A stretch of 33,715 nucleotides of DNA from Octopus sinensis (Eukaryota). This document shows positions 23,238-33,357 of the stretch, in pieces (the stretch's first letter is position 1; each line of letters begins with the position of its first letter). The DNA is taken from NCBI RefSeq assembly GCF_006345805.1, contig NW_021831916.1, positions 1 through 33,715 of the forward strand. The letters are read 5' to 3'. The translations under genes were made by a program, and so were the position numbers. A model generated the notes under the pieces. That model worked only from the letters and a program-made list of their open reading frames with translations. It searched no databases and had not been told where the DNA came from.

Positions 23238-23770
23238 TGTTCTTTCTACTCTAGGCACAAGGCCCAAAATTTTCGGGGAAGGGGCCAGTCGATTAGATCG
23301 ATCCCAGTACGCAACTGGTACTTAATTTATCAACCCCGAAAGGATGAAAAGCAAAGTCTACCTCGGCGGAATTTGAACTCAGAACGTCGATGAAGTAGGT
23401 ACCAGTAACGTACTAGGGTCCATCTAATCGACTGCCCTCCCCTTCCCCCAAAATTTCGGACCTTGAGCCTAGAGTAGAAAAGAAAGGATTAAAAGCAAAG
23501 TCTACCTAGTCGGAATTTGAACTCACAACGTCGATGAAGTAGGTACCAGTAACGTACTAGGGTCCATCTAATCGACTGCCCTTCCCCCTCCCCAAAAATT
23601 TCGGACCTTGAGCCTAGAGTAGAAAAGAAAGGATTAAAAGCAAAGTCTACCTAGGCGAAATTTGAACTCGGAACGTCGATGAAGTAGGTACCAGTAACGT
23701 ACTAGGGTCCATCTAATCGACTGCCCTCCCTCCTCCCCCAAAATTTCGGACCTTGTGCCTAGAGAAGAAA
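23238..23770. repeat. SINE-B inverted junction amplified as a 3 x about 145-bp tandem array
   Basis: GTCGATGAAGTAGGTACCAG at 23386, 23530 and 23675; each unit is a minus-strand SINE piece plus a plus-strand SINE 3' half. Confidence 0.9.
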
Positions 23771-24134
23771 AGAATAAAACCCTCACACCGCATCCAGCTA
23801 CTTTTAAGCCTTGGGGGAAATCACGGAAATATGGCCGCCGTGGATGCAGTATATATATGCTGGTTGGCATGCTTCTAATCGGGCAGTCAATGCAGACCCG
23901 GAACTTAACAGCAGCAACAACAGCACTTACAATTAATTTTATCATTTGATTCATTGTTTTTCCCTGTGATATCTTCCGGTTAATACTTAGAATACCAGAC
24001 GAAGAAGAGGAACACGACATAGGCAGCCGGATGTTCTTGGTCACAACAGGACAATTTATGCTGAAGCGATATCGTTAGACAGGAAGCAGCATTATTATTT
24101 TGAATATATTTTCTAACAACATGGAAAATCCAGA

Positions 24135-24173
24135 AACACACGCACACGCGCATACACACTCATACACATTCAT

Positions 24174-24232
<59 letters not shown>

Positions 24233-24755
24233 CCTGATAAACATTCGTTTTGCATCGAAATTGTTCAGGCACTTTTGTTTACCAACATTAAATGCGTGTT
24301 TGTGTATGTATGCATGTATGCATGTATGTATGCATGTATGTATGTATGTATGTATTATATGTGTATGTATTCATACATGCACGCATGTATATATGTATAT
24401 ATGTATGTATGTATGTATGTATGCATGCATGTATGCATGTATGTATTATGTGTATGTATTCATATATGCACGTATGTATATATGTATGTATGTGTGTCTG
24501 TGTGTATGTATGTATGTATGTATGTATGTATGTGTGTATGTATGTATGCATGTGTGTGTATGTATGTATGTATGTATCTGTGTATGTATGTGTGTATGCG
24601 TGTATGCATGTATGTATGCATGCATGTATGCATGTATGTATTATGTGTATGTATTCATATATGCACGTATGTATGTATGCATGTATGTATGTACGTATGT
24701 ATGCATGTATGTATGTATGTATGTATGTATGCACGTATGTATGTATGTATGTATT
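24135..24755. repeat. (CA)n and (GTAT/GCAT)n microsatellite with higher-order repeats
   Basis: A TATT..TGTGTATGTATTCATA.ATGCACG block recurs at about 24352, 24443 and 24638. Confidence 0.93.
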
Positions 24756-24842
24756 TTGTCTACTGGGGTACAAAACATTTGAATGACTCGCGGTCATTTA
24801 TTTGTCAGGAATCGACATAAAGCTATTCTTTATAAAGATAAA

Positions 24843-25068
24843 GTCCATCCATCCATCTTTGTCAACAATTCCTGAAAGGGTCTTGCGAGTAGAGTCATAA
24901 GACATTTCTGTAAAGTTCTGTCAGGGTTACTCATTTTTGCCAGCTATATGAATTGGAGTTACGTGAAATGAAGCTCAAGAATACAACGCGTCGCCCGATC
25001 CAGGAATCGAAACCACAAGCTTACGATCAGAAGTCCAACACTCTAACCACTAGGCCACGCACCTCCAC
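24843..25068 (-). mobile_element. SINE family C head/core with an RTE-LINE-derived 3' tail
   Basis: Head GTGGAGGTGCGTGGCCTAGTGGTTAG..GGTTTCGATTCC; after AAAAATGAGTAAC the sequence matches the neighbouring LINE 3' end (GACTCTACT..CAAGACCCTTTCAGGAAT) and ends in (GATG)n. Confidence 0.8.
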
Positions 25069-25119
25069 AGTCCAGGAGGATCAGATGAGGAGAGCTAGGA
25101 GCTCACATGTTGGATGTTG

Positions 25120-25670
25120 GGTGTCCATTTCTGCCCACCATTCCTGAAAGGGTCTTGGGAGTAGTAGAGTCCTAAGGCATCTCTTCCGTAGGGTCCTGTC
25201 AGAAATAACCATCATTAGACATTCTAACCGGATTCCCAAGCGTGACCAAGTGAGACTATGGACGTTATCCAGCCATCTTTTTCTCGGTCAGCAGCTAGGT
25301 TTTCTTTCGGTCATTGTGGGATTGAGTCTTCAAGGCATTTCCTCCATAGGATCCTATCAGAAGCAACTGGCATTAGATTTTCCGGCGGGGTTCCCAATCG
25401 TGATCCACTAAGACAACGGGTATTATCCAACAATCCCCTACTTGGTCTACCACTGGGTCTCCTACCGTTTATGGGGATAGATTACTGAGGCACCGCTTCC
25501 ATAGAAAGCAACCGGATGGATTCCTAGGCGTGACCACCTGAAACAACGGATATTATCCAACCATCCCGTTTTGGATCCAAGCCTAGATATCCTCCCCGTT
25601 GGATTGACTTGATGAATCCGTCTTGTGATTCTTTCCTGCGTCATTGTAATCACATGTCCGTAATACCGGA
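25120..25670 (-). mobile_element. RTE-clade LINE 3' end with three tandem copies of the C-terminal module
   Basis: RYYGHVITMTQERITRRIHQVNPTG..WLDNIRCFRWSRLGI, then RRPSGRPSRGLLDNTRCLSGSRLG..LMPVASDRILWRKCL, then RKPSC*PRKRWLDNVHSLTWSRLGI..LMMVISDRTLRKRCL; resembles the RTE/BovB GxRxRGRxxxRWLD tail. Confidence 0.8.
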
Positions 25671-25760
25671 CTCATGACCTCACAGAACTGAGAAGTAGCG
25701 ACTCGACATGGACGGACTCCTGGATCTCCGAGCTATGAACTCAAGACAACCCAGCCTAGT

Positions 25761-25921
25761 GTGAAGGTAGAACATCTACAACAATCAGCATTGCTTGGAA
25801 CTGCAAGAATTCTTTGCAGGGTTCTTGCAGCATGACCAGTAAAAAAATTGTCACCTTAGTCTGCTGGTTGTGGACAGTTGACACTTTCATTCACACCCAG
25901 TAAAATAAGCTGTGAGTTTTC

Positions 25922-25968
<47 letters not shown>
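25761..25968 (+). mobile_element. Dong/R4-like LINE extreme 3' end ending in (TAA)n
   Basis: VKVEHLQQSALLGTARILCRVLAA* (25761-25835), about 90-nt 3' UTR, then (TAA)n. Confidence 0.8.
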
Positions 25969-26084
25969 TAATAATAATCCTTTCTACAATAGGCACAAGG
26001 GCTGAAATTTGGGGAGAGGGTGACAATTCATTGACATCGACTACAATAACAGTTGATTATCATTACATAATAACAATCATAATG

Positions 26085-26439
26085 GTTTCAAATTTTACCA
26101 CAAGGACCTCAGTGTTTAACTGGTACTTATTTTATCGACCCCCTAAATGATGAAAAATAAAGTCGACCTCGGCGGAATTTGAACTCAGAATACAGCGACG
26201 GGTGAAATACCTATTTCTTTACTGCCCACAAGGGGCTAAACATAGAGGGGACAAACAAGGACAGACAAACGGATGAAGTCGATTATATAGACCCCAGTGC
26301 GTAACTGGTACTTATTTAATCGACCCCGAAAGGATGAAAGGCAAAGTCGACCTCGGCGGAATTTGAACTCAGAACGTAGCGGCAGACGAAATACCGCAGA
26401 GCATTTCGCCCGACGTGCTAACCACTCTGCCAGCTCGCC
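26085..26439 (-). mobile_element. SINE family B, head plus two units (dimeric)
   Basis: Reverse complement of the 3227-3620 structure, including the same AAAGAAATAGGTATTTC junction. Confidence 0.9.
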
Positions 26440-26699
26440 GCCGCCGCCAATAACAACAACAGCAACAACTGTTGTTGCTTGTTTAATAATAACGCATTTG
26501 CTGGCGGCCTCAAACATGGTTTTTCCTGCTCTTTTACGTCGAACATCCTGCTGCTGCGCTCCTGGCCGTGTCTGTCTGTCTGTCTGTCTGTCTCCTGCTC
26601 TCTTTCTTTCTTTCTTTCTTTGTCGTCCTTTCGTAATACAAACAGGAAACAACACCATCGAAGGAAAGAAAACAACACGGCGAACCTACAATTTAACTG

Positions 26700-26700
26700 T

Positions 26701-26732
<32 letters not shown>

Positions 26733-26865
26733 AAAGCACAGCAGCAGCAGCACCACCAGCAGCAGCAGCAGCAGCAGTAGTAGCAGTAGTAGTAGTAGTA
26801 GTAGTAGTTGTTGTTGTTGTTGTTGTTGTTGTTGTAAAAGCAGCAGCAGCAGCGGCAGTAGTAGT

Positions 26866-26925
<60 letters not shown>

Positions 26926-26926
26926 A

Positions 26927-26973
<47 letters not shown>

Positions 26974-26995
26974 CAGCAGCAGCAGCAGTATTAGT
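26700..26995. repeat. (AGT)n/(AGC)n/(GTT)n compound microsatellite
   Basis: Direct observation. Confidence 0.95.
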
Positions 26996-27285
26996 AGTAC
27001 ATGTTATTTATTATTGCTTTTGTTGAATAAAATTTGTTGAAAAAAAAAAAACCCGCAATAATTCTGCACCAACCCAACAATTTGATACGAACTGCATAAC
27101 TTAGATGATAGGATGTGGATCGAGGGAGATTCGACTGCTATTTCTAACCATTTCAGCGGGGACTCAGAGCTTCTATTATAGGCCCAAGTGTGTTTAATTT
27201 TCAGATGGCAGAATGTGGTTTGAGATTTAGCTTTCGTTTCAACAGGTTTTAAGACATGTTTCATTGACATATTATTCATACATGT

Positions 27286-27676
27286 GTGGAGGCGCAATGG
27301 CCCAGTGCTTAGGGCAGCGAACTCGCGGTTGTAGGATCGCGGTTTCGATTCCCAGACCGGGCGTTGTGAGTGTTTATTGAGCAAAAACACCTAAAAGCTC
27401 CACGAGGCTCCGGCAGGGTGGGTGGGAGTCGAACCCTGCTGTACTCTTTCACCACAACTTTCTCTCACTCTTTCTTCCTGTTTCTCTCGTACCTGTATTT
27501 CAAAGGGGACAACCTTGTCACACTCTGTGTCCCGTCGAAACTCTCCGAGAACTACGTTAAGGGTACACGTGTCTGTGGGGTGCTCAGCCACTTGAACGTT
27601 AATTTCACGAGCAGGCTGTTCCGTTGATTGGATCAGCTGGAACCCTCGTCGTCGCAACCGACGGAGTGCCACGATT
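27286..27676 (+). mobile_element. tRNA-derived SINE family D
   Basis: GTGGAGGCGCAATGGCCCAGTGCTTAGGG..GGTTTCGATTCCC head similar to family C but with a different 330-bp body. Confidence 0.75.
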
Positions 27677-28037
27677 CATACCTGTCACTATACGAAATAG
27701 CAGTCAAATCTCCCTCAAATTCTACTCTGTTGTCTTCAATAAAAACACAAAAGAGAACGTATTCTTATATAAAGTATTTAAAAACAAGATTTTGTAAGGT
27801 TGAAGCATCTTTGATCTTTGGGTTACTCAATCCGCGCTGGCCTGGGGCTAAACAACATAAGCCTGTGATTCTATTAAATGACAATTTGATCACTTCCACG
27901 TTTCGTATTTCATCTTTTTCCTTTGGTTACTTATTTTAGCATTAAGTCGCTGACACGTCGTCGTCACTGACTGAATGATGGCTGCTTAAAAAGGTCATTA
28001 CGATAAATAAATAAATAAATAAATAAATAAAAAATAC

Positions 28038-28170
28038 AGGTCGGCGAAATGGTAGAATCATTGAAGCGCCGTATAAATTGCCTTGGAGTCGTTTGTTCTG
28101 GATCTCTGTGCTGTGGGTTCAATTCTCACCGAGGACAACTTTACATTTTCGTCTTTCGATAACTAGAAAA
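28038..28170 (+). mobile_element. Highly diverged SINE family B copy
   Basis: GGCGAAATGGTAGAATCATT..GGGTTCAATTCTCACCGAGGACAACTTTAC. Confidence 0.55.
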
Positions 28171-28664
28171 GAACTCCAGTTCAAGAGTGGTGGATTAGCA
28201 GAACTGTTAAAGAAGTCATGAGCAAACTGCGGCCCTCGACCTTCTCGAAAACAGGTTGTCCATTAAACTTCGGATTAGACATCTTATAGTGTCCATTCTG
28301 GCTCTTTGCATTCTGACAACGTCAGCACTTGAGAATGCCAGGTTGTATTGGTCCTTGCCTCTTCCTGGGACAGTATCAGGGACCAAGAGAGAGGGAAGCA
28401 CTTGCTAGGGGACCAAATGCTGATCTTTCGTGGAAAAAAGACCTTGTCCAAATGTGGGCCTTGAATAAGAATTTTCCAGATGAAGTTTGACGGACTCGTA
28501 AGATATTCGGAAGACCACGAAAATAGATAAAAGATAAATAAAATCAGAAGTCCAGAAAGAAAAATGAATTCAGTATTAAACTAATGTGGAGGCCTCAAGA
28601 CTCTGGGGTTTACCTTGCTGAATATAACAGCTCAAATCTCCCTCAAATTACATACAGAAACAGG

Positions 28665-28689
28665 CACACACACTTGCACACATACAAAC

Positions 28690-28724
<35 letters not shown>

Positions 28725-28850
28725 CACGCATACACACACACACACACATACACACACACACACGCATACACACACACACACACGCATACACACACACACA
28801 CACACACACACACAACACACACGCATACACATATACACACGTACATAATA
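28665..28850. repeat. (CA)n microsatellite
   Basis: Direct observation. Confidence 0.95.
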
Positions 28851-29066
28851 CACACATTCAAATTCCGATCTAACAATGGCCTGCACTTCGTTATGAAACG
28901 AAGGCTTTTATGGGGGTCCCTTTAACAACGCTGATACACAAACATACATATGACGCCCAAAAAAGGCAGAAATGCGCATTAACTAATGCCCCCCCTCCCA
29001 CTGCTTCTAGGACAAATAGTGCAGTTTCAAGGCTTTATGATATGCAGAATGCTATTATAATACATA

Positions 29067-29478
29067 GGCTCAGGAGTGGCTGTGTGGTAAGTAGCTTGCT
29101 AACCAACCACATGGTTCCGGGTTCAGTCCCACTGCGTGGCATCTTGGGCAAGTGTCTTCTGCTATAGCCCCGGGCCGACCAATGCCTTGTGAGTGGATTT
29201 GGTAGACGGAAACTGAAAGAAGCCTGTCGTATATATGTATATATATATATGTATATATGTGTGTGTGTGTCTGTGTTTGTTCCCCTAGCATTGCTTGACA
29301 ACCGATGCTGGTGTGTTTACGTCCCCGTCACTGAGCGGTTCGGCAAAAGAGACCGATAGAATAAGTATTGGGCTTACAAAAAGAATAAGTCCCGGGGTCG
29401 ATTTGCTCGACTAAAGGCGGTGCTCCAGCATGGCCGCAGTCAAATGACTGAAACAAGTAAAAGAGTAAAAGAGTAAGG
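29067..29478 (+). mobile_element. SINE family A, full length
   Basis: Near-identical to 20485-20968. Confidence 0.93.
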
Positions 29479-30414
29479 AGTATAACAGCTCTTCATTTCA
29501 TTTTCTGCTCTCTCGTTCCGCCTTCCATGCTAACACTTGTTGCACCAAACCCCACCACCTCGCTGGTTGCCTTACTCTCTGGTCTGTTTGACAACGATAA
29601 ACTCATGAGATGGAAAATCAAGGGTCTTCTGGGGTTTTTTTTTTTTTCCTTTGACAGCGTAACAGTCGAACACAAGTCCTGACAAGCAGAATAAATAGCC
29701 ATAAATTATAATAAAGCATTATAAGAACTAATCCAAGACAGAAATAAAGGAGTAATAGGCACACCGAGAGAGATAAGGGTACCTTCTGCGCTACCGGGTG
29801 GCCGCGTTTCCATGTTACACAGACATCCGATGTGTGATTGTTTAGCTGTTTACCCAAGAAGATATCAGAAACACAAAACAAAAGAGGAAACAAGAAACTA
29901 AACAAAAGTAAAAAGCGAGTAATACTACGCTGTAAAAACGAAACGTTTCGGATATTAGTCGTTTGTCAAGAAGAAAATCAGAGTTGAAAATCGAGAAAGA
30001 AGTTACGTGGAAACAATAAGAGAATAACATCTTAAAAACCGTAGAGTGTTGAATGATTTGTTTAAACTGTTTTCTTTTCAGGCAGACATTATTTTCCGCT
30101 TCTCAACACTCTAAGAATAAAATTTTGTTTTTACTCATCTCAACAATCAAAGGTATTAACACCTACAAGCAGTCTTTGCTTAAGAAAGGATGTTGGGAAT
30201 AATGAATGATGCCAATGGGATACATAACGAAATCCCTGTGGAATTTGGTGTGGGTCGGGAGAAAAGAGAGGAGGAAAAAAGTAAATTAAATTTCTAAGGG
30301 TTGATATTGAAGGAGAGTTGTAAATAATTAATGAGAAAATTCGCTCCAGGTTGTTGTTAATTATAATTTCTGTAAATTAGGTTAATTAGTTTAAACCATA
30401 ACAAACACACACAG

Positions 30415-30465
<51 letters not shown>

Positions 30466-30557
30466 AATACATAAATATATATACATGTACATATATACAC
30501 ATATGTACACACACATATATATATGTGTCTATATATATCTACACACACAGACACACA

Positions 30558-31394
30558 TAGGGTACGTTAGGTACATTATCACGATTTTATATATTTTTAA
30601 TTTCATGGATATGATTTGTTTGTTTTTGATTTTGTCGACTACACAGTATAGTAGGGTCAGTTGGACACAGTTTGTGATAAAAAAAAAACAGCACTATGAC
30701 GCAATTCTCTCTGCCAGAAATTTGGAAATGACATGCTGTACTATTTGGCATTCGCGCTGAAAACTCCAGTACGAACATTTCAGAGTGTTTGGGTGTCAAT
30801 CTGAGAACATGTATCGAGAGTGATAAAAACCAAACATCCAGTCAACACCATGATGTTTGGAGTGAGCACTAATGATGGCGACGTTATGCCTCCATTCCTC
30901 TTCCCGCACGGCCTCAGACTCAACACAGAGGACTACATCAAGTGCCTGGAGGAGGCAGTGCTACCCTGGCACAAAATGGTGGCTGCTGGAAGACCCTATG
31001 TCACAAGCAGGAGAACCCAGTCATGGCTGTCAGACAATTTCTGCGACCACATCACCCCTAACATCTGGCCACCCAACTCCTCAGACTGCAACCCACTTCA
31101 TTATTATGTGTGGGGCACAGATGAGCGAGAGACCGACAACAGATGAACCGAAGTCAAGGATTATGGCAGCATTCACCAATTTAAACAAGGGAACCGCCCA
31201 GAAGAGTTGCAAGAGATTCCGAAGTCATCTGGAGTCTGTGGTTGAAGCCAATGGCGATTTTATTAAATAAATATACTCTTTAGTGTTTCAAGATTTTTTA
31301 TGTAATTTTGGTAAGTATATCTGCTAAAATGAGATGTCAGTGTTATTTTCATTTCTGCGTAATTTAGACGACAGTTTATTCACCACACCCTGTA
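30558..31394 (+). mobile_element. Tc1/mariner DD37D (maT-like) element, internally deleted, degenerate TIRs
   Basis: ATG at 30696: MTQFSLPEIWK*HAVLFGIRAENSSTNISECLGVNLRT, joined to KTKHPVNTMMFGV..PPFLFPHGLRLN..VLPW..GRPYV^TSRRTQSWLSDNF..WPPNSSDCNPLHYYVWG. The 3' end is CACCACACCCTG|TA; the 5' TAGGGTACGTTAGG is a decayed match. Confidence 0.88.
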
Positions 31395-31413
31395 TATATT
31401 TTTCCGATGGCCG

Positions 31414-31474
31414 GATAACTGAAGAGATGGCGGCGTGGATTTCCACCTCGGCATCCGAAACTCGGAGTTTTATC
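31414..31474 (+). ncRNA. Type-I hammerhead ribozyme with canonical core (HHR4)
   Basis: GATAA CTGAAGA GATGGCGGCGTGG ATTT CCACCTCGGCATC C GAAAC TC G GA GT T TTATC: stem I GAUAA/UUAUC, long stem II, stem III ACUC/GAGU, GUU triplet (predicted cut after 31469). Confidence 0.8.
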
Positions 31475-31834
31475 ATGGCTACCGAATAATTGTCACGTAT
31501 TTCATTTACATATATATGTATACTTACATTATACACTCACACATATACAACCGTTAAGAGCATTATCTCTCATGGAAGAGAGACTAAATTATATAGAAAA
31601 AAAAGGAAGGAAATTAATTAAAAAGATGCCTTCTAAGTCACCATAATCGTCCCCATATATTACAAATGGATTTGTTACTGTTTTTTCGTCGCTGGTATTT
31701 TTTTCTCTCTCCGGAAACAAATGTAATTCGTAATAATGATTGTAACTTCATACATACACTGTACTATCGTATAACCAGAGTACAGACAGTCGCCGTCACT
31801 GGCGAGCGAGTACGGCTCGCTAATATGTATCCTG

Positions 31835-31985
31835 GTCAGCTTTGCCTTTCATCCTTTTGTGTGTATGTTGTGGTGGGAGTGTATAAAAATAAGTATCAGC
31901 TGAATCCGGGGGTCGATGTAATTGACCTACCTTCTCCCTTACAATAGCTGGCTTTGTGCCAAATTTTGAAACCAACATAATATAA
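31835..31985 (+). mobile_element. SINE family B fragment
   Basis: CTTTGCCTTTCATCCTTT..ATAAAAATAAGTATCAG..GGGGTCGATGTAATTGAC..TTTGTGCCAAATTTTGAAACC. Confidence 0.7.
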
Positions 31986-32229
31986 ATGCATTATTATTGT
32001 ATTGCATAAAAACCAAGAACAATAAAAAAGAAATTACGTAATACATAATGGACAATTAAAACCAATGTAATAAAATTAATACAGGCTGTGTCAAAAGTCA
32101 CGCACCAAAACATTATTATTATTATTTTTACTATTATTATTATTATTATTGTTATTGTTGTTGTTGTTGTTATTATTATTTTAAAAGGATTGACGTAACT
32201 CTTCACAAAGGTAAACAGTTAAGACGAAG

Positions 32230-32680
32230 GGCGCGATTCGATTGTAAAAGATATTTTATTGGTTGAACGATATTTCGACAGTACGTCTGTCTTTGTCGAG
32301 TTCAAAGTAAGAAGTGATAAAAATTCAAAATTAGAGAAATTCAAATTTAAAGTATGAACGAGAGCAACCAGCGTCCTCGCGTTGATGGAATGACATCATC
32401 AGTCTTTAAGTTTCAATTTTATAACAGGCAAAAAGAAGAAGACAGAAAGAAAAAGAGAATAGGAAAAAAAGAATATCTAATCAAACAGTTTTGTATAAAT
32501 TTGATGATATTCTCCTGTCATTTTATTCATTCCTCCTGGGCGTGATGTTAATAACCCGCAAACATATTTCTCCTCATGCATTTTGAGAAGTGAAAGTGAA
32601 CCCGGCGTCGATAACGACTTCTCATATTTCGAAGCAAATGTTCTCAACCAGAATGTTCCTTTGTCCACTGGTTCAGAGGA
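32230..32680 (-). mobile_element. Penelope-like element 3' end: GIY-YIG C-terminus, hammerhead and polyA signal
   Basis: ORF 32477-32668 contains EEKYVCGLLTSRPGGMN, which fits the PLE endonuclease motif ExxWIxxLxTxxPxGLN; followed by HHR3 and AATAAA (32260-32255). Confidence 0.7.
32263..32305 (-). ncRNA. Decayed minimal type-I hammerhead ribozyme motif (HHR3)
   Basis: Minus strand TTGAAC TCGACAA A GACAG ACGTA CTGTC GAAA TA T C GTTCAA: 6-bp stem I, 5-bp stem II, palindromic stem III, AUC triplet. The core TCGACAA equals CCGACGA with two transitions. Confidence 0.65.
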
Positions 32681-32844
32681 ATGGGAAATCAGCTTTTTCA
32701 GCTTCTTTTTTCTTTGTTTTGTTCATCAAGCAGTTACACAAATAGTTCAAACGATTTTTAGAAGAATATCTCTTTTCAAGGACACTCAAAATCTCCTTAA
32801 TGTCTACACCAAGCAACATTTATCTTTAACGATAGTCTTCAATA

Positions 32845-33349
32845 AAAGCTGTCTTTATGTTAAATGAATTGCTCTCGCCAATTCATTTTTACTTCCGGAC
32901 AAATGTTATGACGCCGGGTTGAAAATCCTGGAATTCCAATACAATCGACCATTTTTTCTCACACGGAATTTCTAATATATAGTCCACATCGCACACTGTT
33001 CATTTATCTCACCATGAACAATCATTTTGTTTTGTCGACCAACTTTTTTGAAGATGTTTATATTTATGACAGTTTGAACATACCAGTATTACAGGAACTA
33101 AAAGTACAAATAACAATGATGTACTCACCACAAACAAACATAATTCCTACAATTCAACAAGTTCATATTACCAACTCCCAAGTTGGCGCTTATGATTGTG
33201 GCCTTTTGCCCTGGCGTATACATTTCAACTGGTCATTGGAAACGCAACAGAGAAGTTTTTGATTTGATCGCTAAAAAATGCGAGCACATTTAAGATTTTG
33301 GCAAGAAGACAATAAATTTGTTCCTTTCCCGAAAGTAAAGGTTTTGTAA
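32845..33349 (+). pseudogene. Ulp1/C48-like (SUMO/ubiquitin-like) cysteine protease domain relic
   Basis: LNELLSPIH..GQML*RR..IQSTIF...NNHFVLSTN..VYIYDSL...SQVGAYDCGL(shift)ALAYTFQLVIGN..FDR*KMRAHLRFWQED.KFVPFPKVKVL*; His, Asp, Gln and Cys occur in Ulp1 order; stops and frameshifts present. Confidence 0.75.
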
Positions 33350-33357
33350 ATGTATAT

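Noticed and set aside
23339-23770. CRISPR-like or regulatory array
   Set aside because: The units are contiguous SINE-derived repeats with no unique spacers, in a eukaryotic context.
20485-27370. tRNA genes at SINE heads (20485, 21478, 25068, 27286)
   Set aside because: A/B boxes are present but there is no complete cloverleaf or acceptor stem; each continues into a SINE body.
28216-28401. BEN-domain-like ORF (LIRSLMDNLFSR)
   Set aside because: The resemblance is limited to a dozen residues, with an in-frame stop just upstream and no good splice sites.
32385-32405. Minus-strand CTGATGA
   Set aside because: No following GAAA with a closing stem II.
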